Shown: positions 36,001-49,131 of the stretch, piece by piece | Numbering within the stretch: position 1 is the stretch's first letter | Layout: the number at the start of each line of letters is the position of its first letter | DNA from: Antedon mediterranea | Taxonomy: Eukaryota > Animalia > Echinodermata | NCBI RefSeq assembly: GCF_964355755.1 | Contig: NC_092672.1 | Coordinates: forward strand, 31,812,437-31,876,436 | Direction: 5' to 3' | Length of the DNA stretch: 64,000 bases | Notes under the pieces: generated by a model | Database searches by the model: none | The model's input: the letters and a program-made list of their open reading frames with translations, nothing else | What the model was told of the DNA's origin: nothing | Made by a program: the position numbers and the translations under genes

Positions 36001-37501
36001 AACGATTGAAGTGGATACAAAACAAAATGGTACTGGTGAAGAAAATACACACAAGGATGATATAACTGAACCAGAAATAACAAATGCAGTTGAGGATAAA
36101 AATGTGGAAAGTGATCAAAATATGGAAGAAGGGTGTAAACAGAAAAAGATGATGAAAAAGTCAAAAGTCACATTTGAAAATACAGAATTAGAAGAATGTA
36201 ATACAAAGAAAGATAAATCAAAGAAGATGATGAAAGAAATGAAGACAACTGAAAATAAAAAAGATAGTGACGACAAACAGGCAGATGAAGACACTTTAAG
36301 TAAAGACAGTGAAGTTGATGATCATGCTAATGTAGAAAATGATGGAATGAGCATCCAACAGAAGAAAAAGAAACAGAAAAAAGTGAACACCACAACTGGA
36401 AATGATGATAGATTAGAAAATCTAAATACCAGTAAAACAAGAGATGAAGAGAAAGACGGCAAGAAAAAGAAAATAAAGAAACAGAAAAAAGTGAAAGATA
36501 CAACTGGAAATGCAGATTCTGTCGATAGTGTAGAGAATGTAGATAACAGTAAGACAAAGGAGGATGAAGAGAAAGATAGCAAGAAAAAGAAAATAAAGAA
36601 ACAGAAAAAAGTGAAAGATACAACTGGAAATGCAGATTCTGTCGATAGTGTAGAGAATCTAGATAACAGTAAGACAAAGGAGGATGAAGAGAAAGATAGC
36701 AAGAAAAAGAAAATAAAGAAGCCAAGAAAACCAAAAGAATCTGTTGAAACAGACTTATCGAAAAAAGATAAAGAGAAGAAAAACTCAAATGGATTAAAGA
36801 AGGCTGCTAAAGATGTGGAAGGAACGAGTAAAGAAAAGAAAGTCAAACCTCTTGGTACTAAAACGACAAACCTAAATAAGAAAGTTGCAGAATCGAAAGA
36901 AATCACAAAAGAAGTTTCTAAACCAAGTAAGCTAAAACCAAGTTTCAAGGCACCACGGAAGAAAGACAGTGTTACTGCAAACAAACCCTTTAAGCCACCT
37001 ACTGTGAAAGACAACAGTAACAAGAAAGAAAACAGTTTAGGAGAAGAGAATGGAAACACTCACAAAGTGAATATTACCCAAGATAACATTGGAAACAAGA
37101 GTGAAGGAAAAGAAATAGACCAGACTAAAAGAACAGATAAAGAGCAAGAAACTAAAGAAGATGAAACTTCCATTAATATGGTTAGCAAGAGTAAACATGA
37201 GAGCGAGAAATTAATTGACAAATCTTCTGATGTCCTAAATACAGCAGCAGAAGAGAAAGTACAGAAAGATACCAAAGCCAATAAGAAAGAAGTTACTGCA
37301 GATCTCCTGAGAGAAGAAAAGTGCAACATCTTTCCAAGAGCTGAAGATCAGTTGGTGCCATCAACCGACAATGATATGGATCTTACGTTGGATACTGACA
37401 TAGATTCATGGGATCAATTAACACCATGCGAGATTAGAAAGCATAATCTAGAGGTGCTGGACGAGGATGACAACTCACAACCATTTGAGATTGAAGAATA
37501 A
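30021..37501 (+). CDS. ZCWPW1: Zinc finger CW-type and PWWP domain protein 1, ~1050 aa with a long charged C-terminal tail
   Basis: Coding exons 30021-30129, 30562-30670, 31288-31445, 32232-32561, 33597-33723, 33973-34048, 34139-34240, 34594-34674, 34861-34936 and 35517-37501 (3153 nt). zf-CW: VWVQCMRTGCNKWRYLSDVTDPSTVPELWSCDQNSDVMYNTCDKPEVDW. PWWP: GTIVWAKLAGYPWWPAMVEEDPNVGEYF..YHVVFL...SRAWV. Both resemble ZCWPW1 rather than ZCWPW2. The N-terminal exons are less certain. Confidence 0.88.
30829..31007. mobile_element. Harbinger-like MITE family 2
   Basis: TAA|AGCGTGGTTCCCACTAG ... CTAGTGGGAACCAAGCT|TTA with internal GACCAATCACAAGCGA. Degenerate copies lie at ~2866, 40722, 57295, 59100, 59230, 60140 and 63372. 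Confidence 0.78.
31555..31699. mobile_element. MITE family 1 copy
   Basis: Family TIR and core present. Confidence 0.72.
32041..32180. mobile_element. MITE family 1 copy (opposite orientation)
   Basis: TAA TSD and both TIRs. Confidence 0.8.
32603..33495. mobile_element. Kolobok-like element with a second TTAA-targeting element nested at 32736-33323
   Basis: Host ends are AGATACATTGTCTCC / AATAATACATCT. The insert is TTAA|AGCTCAGGTAC...GCACCTGGCCT|TTAA. The empty site is visible in the related copy at ~48270-48360. Confidence 0.6.
35002..35336. mobile_element. Kolobok-like MITE
   Basis: TTAA|AGATGTATTGTCCCCC ... GGGGGACAATATATCT|TTAA. Relatives lie at 41862-41986, ~48240-48505 and ~54670-54982. 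Confidence 0.75.
36362..36722 (+). repeat. Coding tandem repeat, 120 bp (40 aa), in the last exon of ZCWPW1
   Basis: KKKKIKKQKKVKDTTGNADSVDSVEN(V/L)DNSKTKEDEEKDS at 36461 and 36581, a partial unit at 36701 and a diverged unit at 36362. Confidence 0.9.
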
Positions 37502-38495
37502 CTCAAAAAGTAAATTCTACACATTTTATATAATGGGGAAAAGCAAGTAGTTTAGTTGATATAGTTGAGGTTTTGTATGAAATGTATTGTAAATACAATT
37601 TCATTTTAATGAAGAATGAACCCCCAAAAAATGGGTTTATTAAAATTTATTATCATATTCGTAACTTATTTATTTATTAGCAATGTTAATTAGGAAAAAA
37701 ATATAGTTGTGGTTTTTTGTTTAAAATAAAGTTTTGTATGAATTGAAAATACAATTTAATTTTAATGAAGAATTAACCCAAAAAAATTGGTTTATTAATT
37801 ATAATAATATTCATAACTTATTATATTTAGTTAATCAGTAGCAATGTTAATTAGGAAAAGAAAACGTGTGCAATTTAAAATTTCATTTAGATTTAATCAT
37901 TAAAATACTTTATATATAGTGTACTGTTTTTCCAAAGGTTCTGATAATTTGAGCCTTAGATATTAAACATCAATAATGTTGTTATAGTTGTTGTTCTGGA
38001 AAATGAAAATGTTAGTTTAAATAAATTATCTAAACAGTTTTGATATTGATTGTCTTATGAACTTTTCAAAATACATTTTCTATTGAATTATAAGTCATTT
38101 TTAAAATAGGAAAGAGTTTGATGGAGGACTTCCAGCCACAAACACAGAACATAAACCATTATCTTTGTGCAAGATGAACTAAGACAGAGAGAAGAGAAAA
38201 TTACGACACTTTTTGGTGAATTCTATATTTAAAATTCATGGTTTAAACAGTCATGTAAAATTTCTTTTTACAATAAAATTGTAATTTGATTCTATAAGAA
38301 GTAAAATTTGATGAAGATTTTGCATTCAGTTTAACAGTAGGTTATTCTCCATCCTACTACAGCAGCTTGCGGCCAAACTAAATCTACAGTTCAGCCACAA
38401 TTGCATCCTTCTATCTACACAAGAAAAATGTTTAAGTATGTGTCTCCCAGTTTAGTTTATTAAATGATTGAAGAATCTTGAAAAAATATTTTATG

Positions 38496-41400
38496 TTAAT
38501 TTTCGTCTGAATCTGAAGAAAAATGGAAATCTTCCACAACATCTTCATCATCACCACCAACATCAATTGGCTTTCTTTGTTCTTTCTTTCCTTTCATTTT
38601 TCCATTTGTTAATGATTTACTTCTGTTTTTATTTTTACCAGTTCCCTTTTCTTCTTCATCACTTCCCTCATCTTCATCAATTTCTCCTCCATCTTCATCA
38701 CTTTCTCCTCCCTCATCACTTTCTCCATCCTCCTCATCACCCGACATGTCATCTTCCGAAGATCCAATATCCAAATCACTCAGATAATCATCTTCATCTG
38801 AATCATGCTGTGTGTTCTTCTTTTGAAGTTTTCTTTCGGCTCTTTCTAATATGTCATCTTCAGAATCACTACCAGTTGAGTTGAAGAGGTCACTGAACTC
38901 CACCTTGTCCTGTTTCTTCTGCTTTCGTTGCTTTTCAATTGTCGGCAGCTCATCATCAATAAGCTATAAAGACAAATTAAAACTGGATTAAAAACAAAAT
39001 TGAATCTGGCACAGATGATTTCTTGTATAAGATGAGCACCACACTGTTGGACCATAGAATAGCAAATACCTGATTGAATGAAGGTTTGCTGTAGTGTTAA
39101 AATATATATTGCTCATCATTCATTTGACAGTAAAGTGTCCCCTTAATAGGGTGTTCTGTAAATAGGGGTTTGCTGTAGTGTTAAATATATATAATATATT
39201 CATTTCACAGGAAAGTGCTTTCCTCATAGGGTGTCCCCTGAATAGAGGTTTGCCATAGAATTTACAATATAGATTGCCATTCATTTTACAGGAAAGAGCT
39301 ATGTCAAAAATAGATAGCAAGAATTACTTACCCTTTCTTTACCAGCTTCTTCTCTCAATAGTTCCTCTTGTCTCTTTTTCTTGTACGATACATAATGCTT
39401 TATCAATGGCGTTGACTGCTCTTTCAAATTCTTTTCCCATTTAGACTATAAAAACAAATTATTCAAGTAAATTACCTACACATAGTTCCTTCAGAAAGAC
39501 TTAACAAGCCTCTCAATATAAAGAGATTTTGCCAGAGGGACAAGATGATAAGATAATGATGTTGGTTGGATTTGAACAAATAACACTGGGATTGACAGGC
39601 AACCATATTAACACTCAAGCTTACAGTGCCACTATGGCAGACTGAGCTAACTAATGAGTGGTTAAGACCATGTAGCCATAACATCGGCAAGGGTTCGAGG
39701 CTCAATCGCTCCATGGTTCTGGTGGTAGAATAAGTCTTTTTGATAAGGACTATAAACCATAGGTTCAGTGTACACATCTAGCTCATGTACAACCTAGTAC
39801 ATCTTTCTAGACGAGTAGGGGGGGCTACCCCGGTGTGTTAGTACATCACAGTCACTGATCACAACTGGGTCCTCTGGGAGAACAGTCTTTAAGTGAAGAT
39901 GTCACTCAGTATAAATAAAATATTTTCATTAAAAATATTTCAACGAATCATTAAGGTGTTATTTGAATACAACCGTGTAGTCTCACCACAGCTTGGCTAT
40001 CAGCAATGCTGAAGGCGACCGTCTCTCGCTTCCTCGTTATCATGGCAAAGTTTTCTTGAATTTTGTCAAGAATAAGTTTGATTGGCTTGCTGTGATTGGT
40101 TACTTTACAAGATTTTAAAAACTTCTTGAGCTATAAAAAAAGAAATCAGATTAAATATAAATTTATTACCATTTTTCCATAAAATGTGAGCAGTATTATG
40201 CATTTTGATAGGTGAACGTCCTATCTGGTCAGTATAAGATCTTTGTCGTATAATTACCTGGATAATGGCTGGCAAAGCAAGCTCTGGGAAACCTATACAC
40301 TGACTGTGAATCTGCATGTGATCCAGTAACAAGTCACACACTTGTTCAATAACACCATCCTGAACGACAAAAGAATATAAATGGTGGCTATATTAGTCAA
40401 CTTAATTAAAAGTCATTGGCAAGCTTCCGTTGTAGGATGGAGACTGTAATTCAAGACCGTGACGAGCGGAATTTGTGTTACAATGTCAAAATATAAAAAT
40501 TACAGTCTCCCTCATCTACTCCCTCGAACACAAAATTAAAAAACTTGATCATGTGACTGGACATTTTTACTGGTTTCATTCAGGTTCACCAGTTTTGAGA
40601 CATTACATCGTGGCAAAATATAAAAGTACTCATATGTTTGTACTGACAGTATTGTTATATCTGTACTCTGTATGTGTGAATTGCGCATCAGTCACAAACT
40701 GTGCTGAAGACTTCCAAGACTTAATCTTGATTCCCACTTAGAACGTAACGCAAGGACGTACATGCAACGAAGGTGAGTTGACCAATCACAAGCAACAGCT
40801 GGTATGATCCATCGTGTTGTGATTTTTCAAATTACTTGCATTGCATTTTATCCTAGTGGGAACCAAGCTTTAGTAACACAAAAAGTCTCTACATTACCAC
40901 TAAATGTCTGTTCCCACTTACTGTAAATGCTCTCTCCTTTATCTGTGGTTTGGATAGTTTCAGGATAACAGTAAAGTTAATGGGTTTCATGCTGACTGCC
41001 GAGTTCTTCTTATTGAAATTAGTGTGTTCTAGAATCTAAACAAACACACATTTATGTTAAAAACATAGTACTAGAATATACATTTTAAAGACATGTTTCC
41101 TACGGGTTTTTTTTCAATCTAATTTAAGGTCTCAAACTGCATTTATGTAAAATAAAATACTTTATCAATATATGGGCCTATTGCGATAATTTGTTTCGTC
41201 TTTAAACGGTAAAGAATGTGAAATATAAGCCCGCTATAATTAACCGGATGCATTGCACACAGATTTATTTTATTTTGGTTTTTTCTGTGATTCACTCACA
41301 AAGGTGAAAAAAATGCAAGAATTGTAATATTTCAGCGAAAATACTGGGTTTCCCCCGAATTTGTATTACAGATTCTGTCAAAAACAGAAAGACAATTATT

Positions 41401-44400
41401 GTAGCAACTAAACAGTGTCGGGCTAGGCAATGTTCGTACGTTACCGTTAACGTTAAATGCAGAAACTAACTAAACAGCGTCGGGCTAGGCAATGTTCGTA
41501 CGTTACCGTTAACGTTACATGCAGAAACTTTCCAGCAAATAATGCTGAAAGTAAAACAAAGCGACAAATGAGAAAAGCATCTGCGAGAAGAAAAATATTC
41601 AGCTGTCCCAATCAACATTCCAACCAAAAAACAAACAATAATCATCTACTCCTATTTATCCAACAGTTTCAAAATTACCTCTAATATGAATGGTAGAAGT
41701 GGTATAAATGTTCCGGACGACTCCGACAGAAGATTGAGCGCCCTTACCACATGGAATCTAAGAGGGTAGTAACGTTCTGATGGTATCAACCTATTAAAAA
41801 ATAATTAGTTTAAATTAGCTGTATTTTGTGCCCTTGTTATTAGTCAGTTTAAACATATTAAAGATGTATTGTCACCCAAAAACATGAAAAATGTAGATGA
41901 ATGAAATTTTATTAGCCATTTAGTAGTTTTATTGAAATTGAACACTTAATAACATTGTTTTTATTGTTTAGGTGGACAATATATCTTTAAGATATGCTTA
42001 AAGAAAAAACATGTTCAGAGGGTTAGACAGACAGATATTTTGTCGATGTGAAAGTAGTTTTAAGCTGAGCCAATTCAATATATCTACAATACAAAAGCTT
42101 ACTTCATAATACCAATAGCAGTCTGTACCAATGGATAGATAAGAGGTTGTAAGGCATCACACGGTTGAATGGTTCCAAGTACGCGACACCAGAGGGTCAA
42201 GCAATGGATGTACTGCCAGTTGTAGACAGACTGGTGCGTATCCTATAAGAACAAACCACAAAGTCTTTGTTTATTTTATTTATTCTTTTTAGGCATTTTA
42301 TAGCCAAGGAAGACCACAAGTGAACTCAATCACTGTCCTTCTCTCAAAGGTGGCAAAACTGTTCACAACACAAACATATACACAACACAAACATATACAC
42401 AAGATGCTCTACATAAACAAAGACTTAATTACAAGTCTTTGGGAGTGGAGTTGTAAATTGTCATGAGAAAAAATCCTGACATATGACAGGACTTCAACCC
42501 AGGACCCTTGGATTGGTAGCCAAGCATCATAACCACCAAGCCACAACTCCACTTTATTCCAACACAATCTCAGTAACTCTTCAGCTCTGTCTACACTATC
42601 AAACTTTATGTTACAAAAAAATGTGTTGTGCCCATATAATGGACATGATGATGTCATATCACTATTATATTTATTTAGGCTCATCACCCTTTTTTGTCAA
42701 AATAGTTTTATAGTGTAGACAATGCACCACAATACACATCAACATGTCCTGATTTCTTGCACTTATTTTTGGATAACTTAATTTTTTCTTGAATATAGTT
42801 GAATAGTAGTGACAGTTCGTTTTGAGACACACCAAGTAGATACAAACTATTGAGTCAAACAGTCGCTCTACACACGCTTAAAAGTTTATAAGCATGCATA
42901 GAATTAATTTATTTTCAATAGGAGCATAGTCTGTTGGTGAGTTGTGAAAACAAATAGTCTATAGTAATATTTAGCACAACAAAAAAAGGCCATGCTTTAA
43001 ATCTTATTATATATACAGTCGACTCCGCCTAAGTCGAATTCGCGTAAGTCGAAAAATCGCGAAAGTCGAATTTTTATGAAAGTCCCAATTCTTTCCTATA
43101 CATTACTGTGTAATTTTTATTTGTAAGTCGAATTTTTCTAAGTCGAAATTCGTCTAAGTCGACGTCTTTTTGCGGTCCGAATACACACATTCTTTAGTGA
43201 TTTATATCGTATAAGTCGAAGTCACAAATCACGCGGCAACAACGCGCTAAAAAAGCCGATGAAACGTACGTAAAAAAAAAAAACGACAGAGGAGATAATG
43301 TGGGACCATATCGGTTCTCTCAAGCAGGTTGTATAGTATAGGCGGCGTCCTACAACTCGCGCTAGTGTATAGTGTATGAGTTTCAGAGTTGAGAACTTGA
43401 GCAGCGTTTTGTGGGTACCCATTTTGTGCTAGACAGATGGCAATAAACAATGGATACCGATTTCGAATAAGAACCGAAATGTATTTATTATACGTTTTCG
43501 TATTGTTTCGGGTTTAAACCATAAAAGAAAATACAGTTTATCATTTATTAGGCCTAGCTAGCTAAGCAAACTCAAGTCAAGAAGACTCATCGCGTGGGCC
43601 GCGATCGCGACAGGGCCTACCAGGCCTAGCCATAGCGCGGCTAGTGAGTGAACCTAGGCCTAGGCCTAGCATTTTTTTTTTGCAAATCTGTAAGTCGAAG
43701 GTCACGTAACTCAAATTTTTATACCGGTCCCATTAGATTCGACTTAGGCGGCGTCGACTGTAATATATATAACTTTTACCAGGCATGACTGTGCAGTACA
43801 GACAATGGCCGTTTTCAAATATGGCTTAATTTAACCTACGAAAGAAATTAATTAACAATATCTACACTGTGAAACTAATTTGACAAAAAAAAAAAAGATG
43901 TACCCAAATAAGGTATTGATATGCCCGAATATGGTAGTGATATGACATCACCATGTCCATATATGTGCACATCACATTTTTTTGTCACATCAAGAACTTT
44001 ACCTTTTCTTTCACTGTAATAGCATTGCGCAAATGAATTGCCAGTTGTCGTATATAAACAAAACCGTGCTGGTAGGTCACTGCTACGTTTACGGCAAACA
44101 TCTCGGTTATCGAGCGCTGCATGAAGTTGATCAGTGGCAAAGTGGTGACGGACGTGAATTTAGAGTTGCGTACAAACGCCAGGTACATTTGCTGTAACAG
44201 TAATATAAAAACAATTATTTTTTTAAAACTTTAAATTATTTTGGACATGGTAAAGGCGAGTCCCCGTTCATTCTGAAGGTAGGGGAATGAGCTGTTAGGA
44301 GCTCATTGTACTAAGCCTCGGCATTATGTGGTAGGGTGGCCAGTTCTTTTCCATGCCGCCTTATCTTCAACCAGGTACTCATTTACAGCCGAGTAGACTG

Positions 44401-47400
44401 GGAGTTATCGGGAATTTAACCCCGGTCTCTCTGTATGACAGCCAAGTGTTCTAACCACTCGGTTACTCAACAACTTTGGACAAGATACCTAATAAAATAG
44501 AAATAAAAGTCCTCACCTTCAAAATAAATTCTAGCCTCGCTTTTGGCATATACCTTGTAATTTTGTACAACGCTAGGAACGCTAAAATACGTACAGATTC
44601 CTCACCAGTGCTCCAGATAATCACTAGTTTCTAAGTACAAAAAGGCATATTTAAATACATTAGTTTGATTTCTATATTTAGCTAATCAATTTAAAAGCCT
44701 TTAGAGCACAATGTTTTAAGGAACAGAGAATTATAGTATAATTCTGGCACTAACATAAAATGAGATTTTGTCAAAAAAATTACCTTTATGAGTGTTGTTG
44801 CTACTTTGGAAAAACAGGCGACATACGGAATCATCGCGTTGATGTGTCGTAAAACAACGCTGACAATAGAGGGCTCCGTCATTTGGCTGACCAGCTAAAA
44901 TAAATACAAGGTTATAGGTTGAAATTGTGTACGCAACAGTCGTTGTACAAGTTTGTATAGTGATGAGGTTTTTATTATAAGAATCAAATACCTTTATTAG
45001 ATCTGATAAATATGTTTTAACATCATCTTCGACTTTTTTCCATTTTGGTGACAAAGCTGGACGGAGTAATCTATTACAACAAAAATAACAAAAATTCTAC
45101 TAATGACTTTCAGATTTATGAGACAAGTAGAGTAAAGAAAACAAATGGTGTTTTAAAATAACAGTAAAATGCAACTAATCATGATGATGAGAATGCTATT
45201 TAAAGCTGAACTATTTTTTCCAAAATTTATTTGCCAATATTAAACTTAGAGAATAACAAAAATGATTTATATAATGCTTAGTATTGCTTGTTATATCAAA
45301 GAAAAACGTTTTTAATTAAAAAAAAACGAATGAAAAAATCAGTTCTAAAATATTCCTATTAATTTTCATTATTCTTTAGAGAAATATTATATAAAGTCTG
45401 TGCTCATAAATAATTTTTTGTTACTCCTGCAAAGAAGGAATATTCTGCTGACTTTTTCATTTAAAGTTTATAACTAACAGTCACGTAATATATAAACAAA
45501 TCAGGTAAAGAACAGTTATGTATTGATTAAAAAAGGTAGCGGTCCGATATTCAAAAAGTTATTTTTTATTAAACTACATGTTGATTTTTGTATGTACATT
45601 GCATTTCAAATTCTCAAAATGTTGAGCATGCAATAGAACCATTCAATAGAACTTTTACAGTGCAATAGAACCTAATTATACTGACACTTTGAAAGGCATT
45701 TGTTAAATTATCTACGGCCAAGGATACACACAATTTTACATAAACACTGAATTAAGAAATAATCATAATAATTTTTCTGTATTAACATCACTTAACAATA
45801 AATTAGAGTATATTATAATATTGATTTATAATCGAATGCAATATTAGTATTAAATCATATACAATAATAACATATTAGGAATTATCATAATAACCATTTA
45901 GATTATATTATAAATACATATAATTAATGTATAGATTAACTATACTAGCAGATTTTTATCTGAATTAGTAACTAGTAACTGTGCTGACTCTCATAGCTAG
46001 ATAGTAATTTGAGCAATATGGCGCAATGGTAAATAGTTGGACTGCTATGTAGAAGGGCTTATAATAATATAAGGAAAGATGGTTTACTAATTGTCTTGTC
46101 CTTCAGATGGGGCTATAAGTTGTTGGCTGCACCGTACATAGTATATTTTTATAGAAAAAAAAAACCTATTCTGTGTCTAACCACACAATAAAATTTCACT
46201 TACTTTTTCTCCTTTGTTTCTTTTAGATCTAAAGCTTTCTGTAGAGTTCTTGCAACATGACGAACACACAAATTAATCAGAGCATTAAAAACTGCCAAAA
46301 GAATCATTTTTTAAGTTAAAACAATAAGGCAATTTCATAACTGAATGCAAATAAACCATAAAGAGTAAAATATTCTCACTAAAATAAAATTTACATGGTG
46401 GCTAGCAGTTGGTACACAATATAAGCATAATGGCTGTGCAGTTACTACACTGTAGTTGCCAAATTTCTAAAGCTCTATCTGCACTATCAAACTAGTTTGA
46501 AAAAAAGTGTAATGTGCCGAAATATGGTAGTGATATGAGATCATCTTTTTGTCAAATCAAGTTTGATAACAGAGCTTAAAAGAGATTGTCCTCATGAGAA
46601 ACTGGTTCCAAATTTCAAAACTTTATCATTCTTGAAAATAAACGTTAACAAATCTTACAAATTATAAATATTCATTCTTTTACAAAAAAGAATAAATGAT
46701 CAAGAAATCCCTTATTAAGGGATTATATCATGAATGGTGTTATTGAAAATATATTAAATAATAATGAATAATTCAGTCATTTTAAGAAACACTACAATGC
46801 TGAAAGGTTATAATGATTTCTAATCTAAATTATATAACCTTTATTGAGTCTAATAATCAGCTTCAGCTAGTAGCTAGATGGACCACCCTCATAAAATATA
46901 GTTGAAAAAATGATAGGGCAACTTAAGAGTTCCATATAATTTTCTTAGGCATACTTGGAGAGGCCACTTGTTAAATTGCTCCCCAATGTTTTTAGAGAGC
47001 ATTGTGGGATTTAGAACAATCAATAAAACTTAAATGTTCAATCAATCATTTAATAACCAAGTATATTATACAGTAATTAATGTAGTCATTAAAAAGGAAT
47101 AGCTAAAGGGAGAAATAACATACTAAACAAATAGTTTACAGAATGTCTACACTATCAAACTTTATGTGGAAAAAAATGTGATATGCCCATATATGTCATA
47201 TCACTACCATATTTGGACATATGACAACCATATTTGAGCATGTCACACTTTTTTTGTCAAACTAATTTGATAGTGTAGATAGAGCTATTAACCAACCTTC
47301 ACTTCCTTGAACTCTATATCGGGCAAATCCTCTTTTAACTTTCTCGGAACTAGTCTGTTGCACAGCTGCTTTGAAGGCACGAGTGACTTCATGGAATGCT

Positions 47401-49131
47401 TTAAGAGAGTGAGACTCCTGCAAAAAGACCAGTCTTAGATTATCATAAAACTATTTATAGTTGTGGGTTTGAACCAAAAAAAGCAACAAACTGCACTAAC
47501 TGTTCCCTATATAAATGGAACAATTACCACAATATGATTAAAAAGATGAATACATTTTTTGGTTGTACGTAGTATTGAGGGCGCTGCCATTTCAGAGTGC
47601 AATCACTAACTGTCCTCTATTTTTGGACAATATTTACCAAATTCCAATAAAAAAGTTTTAACCTTAAGAGTCATTTAAAACTCCAAATATTGTTATGCAT
47701 GGTGGCGAGGGCGCTGGGTTTGGTTGCATAGGAACGTAAAAGCTCACCTTAAATGCGCGTGTCCATTTACTTATCATAGTCAACGTAACAGGTTTGCCAC
47801 GGTTGCGATCTTTCTTGTTTGATTTCGGTTTATCTTCCACTTCTGTTTCCTCCTCTTCACTCTCACTTGCTTCCTACACAAGAAATGAACAAAATAATTT
47901 AATAACAATAATAATAACAACAACAACAATCATTTTTAAATTGAATGTAAGTCACAGATAAATAAGTCATGGTATTAAAATTTAAAAAAAATGTTTTATT
48001 TACCTCTAAGGTTGTTGGCGGTTTATGAATTTCTTCATCGTCTGAGCTTAAATCATTTGGGTCAAAGTTCAAAAGCTCTTCATCATTTTCTTGAAGAAAC
48101 TGATAAAACTCAGGGTCAGACTTCTTGAGGTTTTCCAAGGAATTTTTGTGCTTATGTGCCACAGACAATTTCTCAGTATTAGGCCTAAATATAATGAGAA
48201 CAAAAATGTTCATATTGATAAATAACAATGATTAATTTTGAATATGCAATTTTAATATCACATAATAAAAATTATTTACCTGAAAAATCTGTAGTTTAAA
48301 GCAACAAATACTGTAGTCAAATTGACTGGAAGTCAATGGGTTTTTGGTTGAATTTAACCATTTATTTTGCCTTGAATTGAAAACATTTTTTTAGTTTTTT
48401 TTTTTTTACAGGAGTGATGATTATTAAAACCTACGAAATGGTCTATTCAATGTCTTTTTTTACTAATCTTCATTTTTCATGTTTTTGGGGGGACACAATA
48501 CATTTTAAAAAATGTATTTTTGAGATTTAATTTACTTCTTTTTCTTGGTCGTTTTGTGTGATGCTTTCTCTTCTGTTCCATCATCCTGTTCAAAGTCACT
48601 GGAGTCTAAGTCATTCTCAAGAAATTCATCGACACTCATTTCCTCTAGTTTTCTGTGTGGTTGAAAAAATTTAAAAAAATTGCTTTACAAATTTACAAGA
48701 AAAACTGAATTGAAATAGAATTAGGAATAGAAAATACATTTTTTTTATAACATTTATTTATTTAAAAAATATATCTACTACCTATATTTAAATAAAATAG
48801 GTTGAGCCTACTAGTACTAGCTAGTACTAGTAGTAGTAGGCCTAGGCTAGATGTATACAATAACTTCAAGAAATTCAAGCCTTTCCAGCAACCTTCTTCT
48901 TCAACCAATATGGAAGCAAGGAGATAGACGAAACGACCACGCACTGGCTAGCTGCCTGCCCTAGCTCGTCCAAGCTAGGCTTAGGGCCTGGCCCTAGCCC
49001 TAGCTAGCGTCGCGATATGGCATGAACTTGGTGAATTGCGATTACCTAGGCTAAACTTATATATTCAATAAAATAGAAAATGTATAGATATGAATAACTA
49101 TGTCTTACTGTTTCTTTTTAGCAGACGCCAT
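38496..49131 (-). CDS. NOC2L: Nucleolar complex protein 2 homolog (NOC2L/NIR), ~780 aa
   Basis: 17 coding exons: 49131-49109, 48652-48536, 48184-48004, 47873-47748, 47417-47297, 46291-46204, 45070-44992, 44894-44784, 44630-44517, 44191-44003, 42242-42103, 41790-41679, 41035-40922, 40359-40258, 40130-39987, 39445-39332 and 38963-38496 (2343 nt). Motifs include [80 protein letters not shown] and an acidic tail. Confidence 0.95.
39625..39925 (+). mobile_element. tRNA-derived SINE with a Deu/Nin-like central domain
   Basis: A-box-like GAGTGGTTAAGAC, B-box-like GGTTCGAGGC, core GTCTTTTTGATAAGGACTATAAACC...GACGAGTAGGGG...CCCCGGTGTG and an A-rich tail. Relatives lie at ~31750-32030, 46013-46140 and 58425-58625. 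Confidence 0.6.
42583..42721. mobile_element. MITE family 1 copy
   Basis: Family TIR and core present. Confidence 0.72.
43016..43760. mobile_element. Tigger/pogo-like non-autonomous transposon, 745 bp
   Basis: TA|CAGTCGACTCCGCCTAAGTCGAA ... TTCGACTTAGGCGGCGTCGACTG|TA, with many subterminal TAAGTCGAA repeats. Confidence 0.85.
44248..44470 (-). mobile_element. tRNA-derived SINE (second family)
   Basis: Minus-strand tRNA-like head (GAGTGGTTAGAACAC...GGGTTAAATTCCC) and CCAGTCTACTCGGCTGTAAATGAGTACCTGG core. Relatives lie at ~56130-56225 and 56260-56500. Confidence 0.55.
47144..47286. mobile_element. MITE family 1 copy, ~10 bp from a NOC2L donor site
   Basis: Family core and right TIR. Confidence 0.7.

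Noticed and set aside
35638-37329. Long minus-strand ORFs (138-245 aa, F/S/L-rich)
   Set aside because: These are antisense shadows of the A-rich ZCWPW1 last exon.
38468-38884. His-rich 138-aa plus-strand ORF
   Set aside because: It is the antisense reading of the acidic (GAT/GAA) NOC2L C-terminus.
45095-45195. Possible intronic C/D snoRNA in NOC2L
   Set aside because: Only an imperfect C box and a CTGA, with no terminal stem or recognisable rRNA guide.
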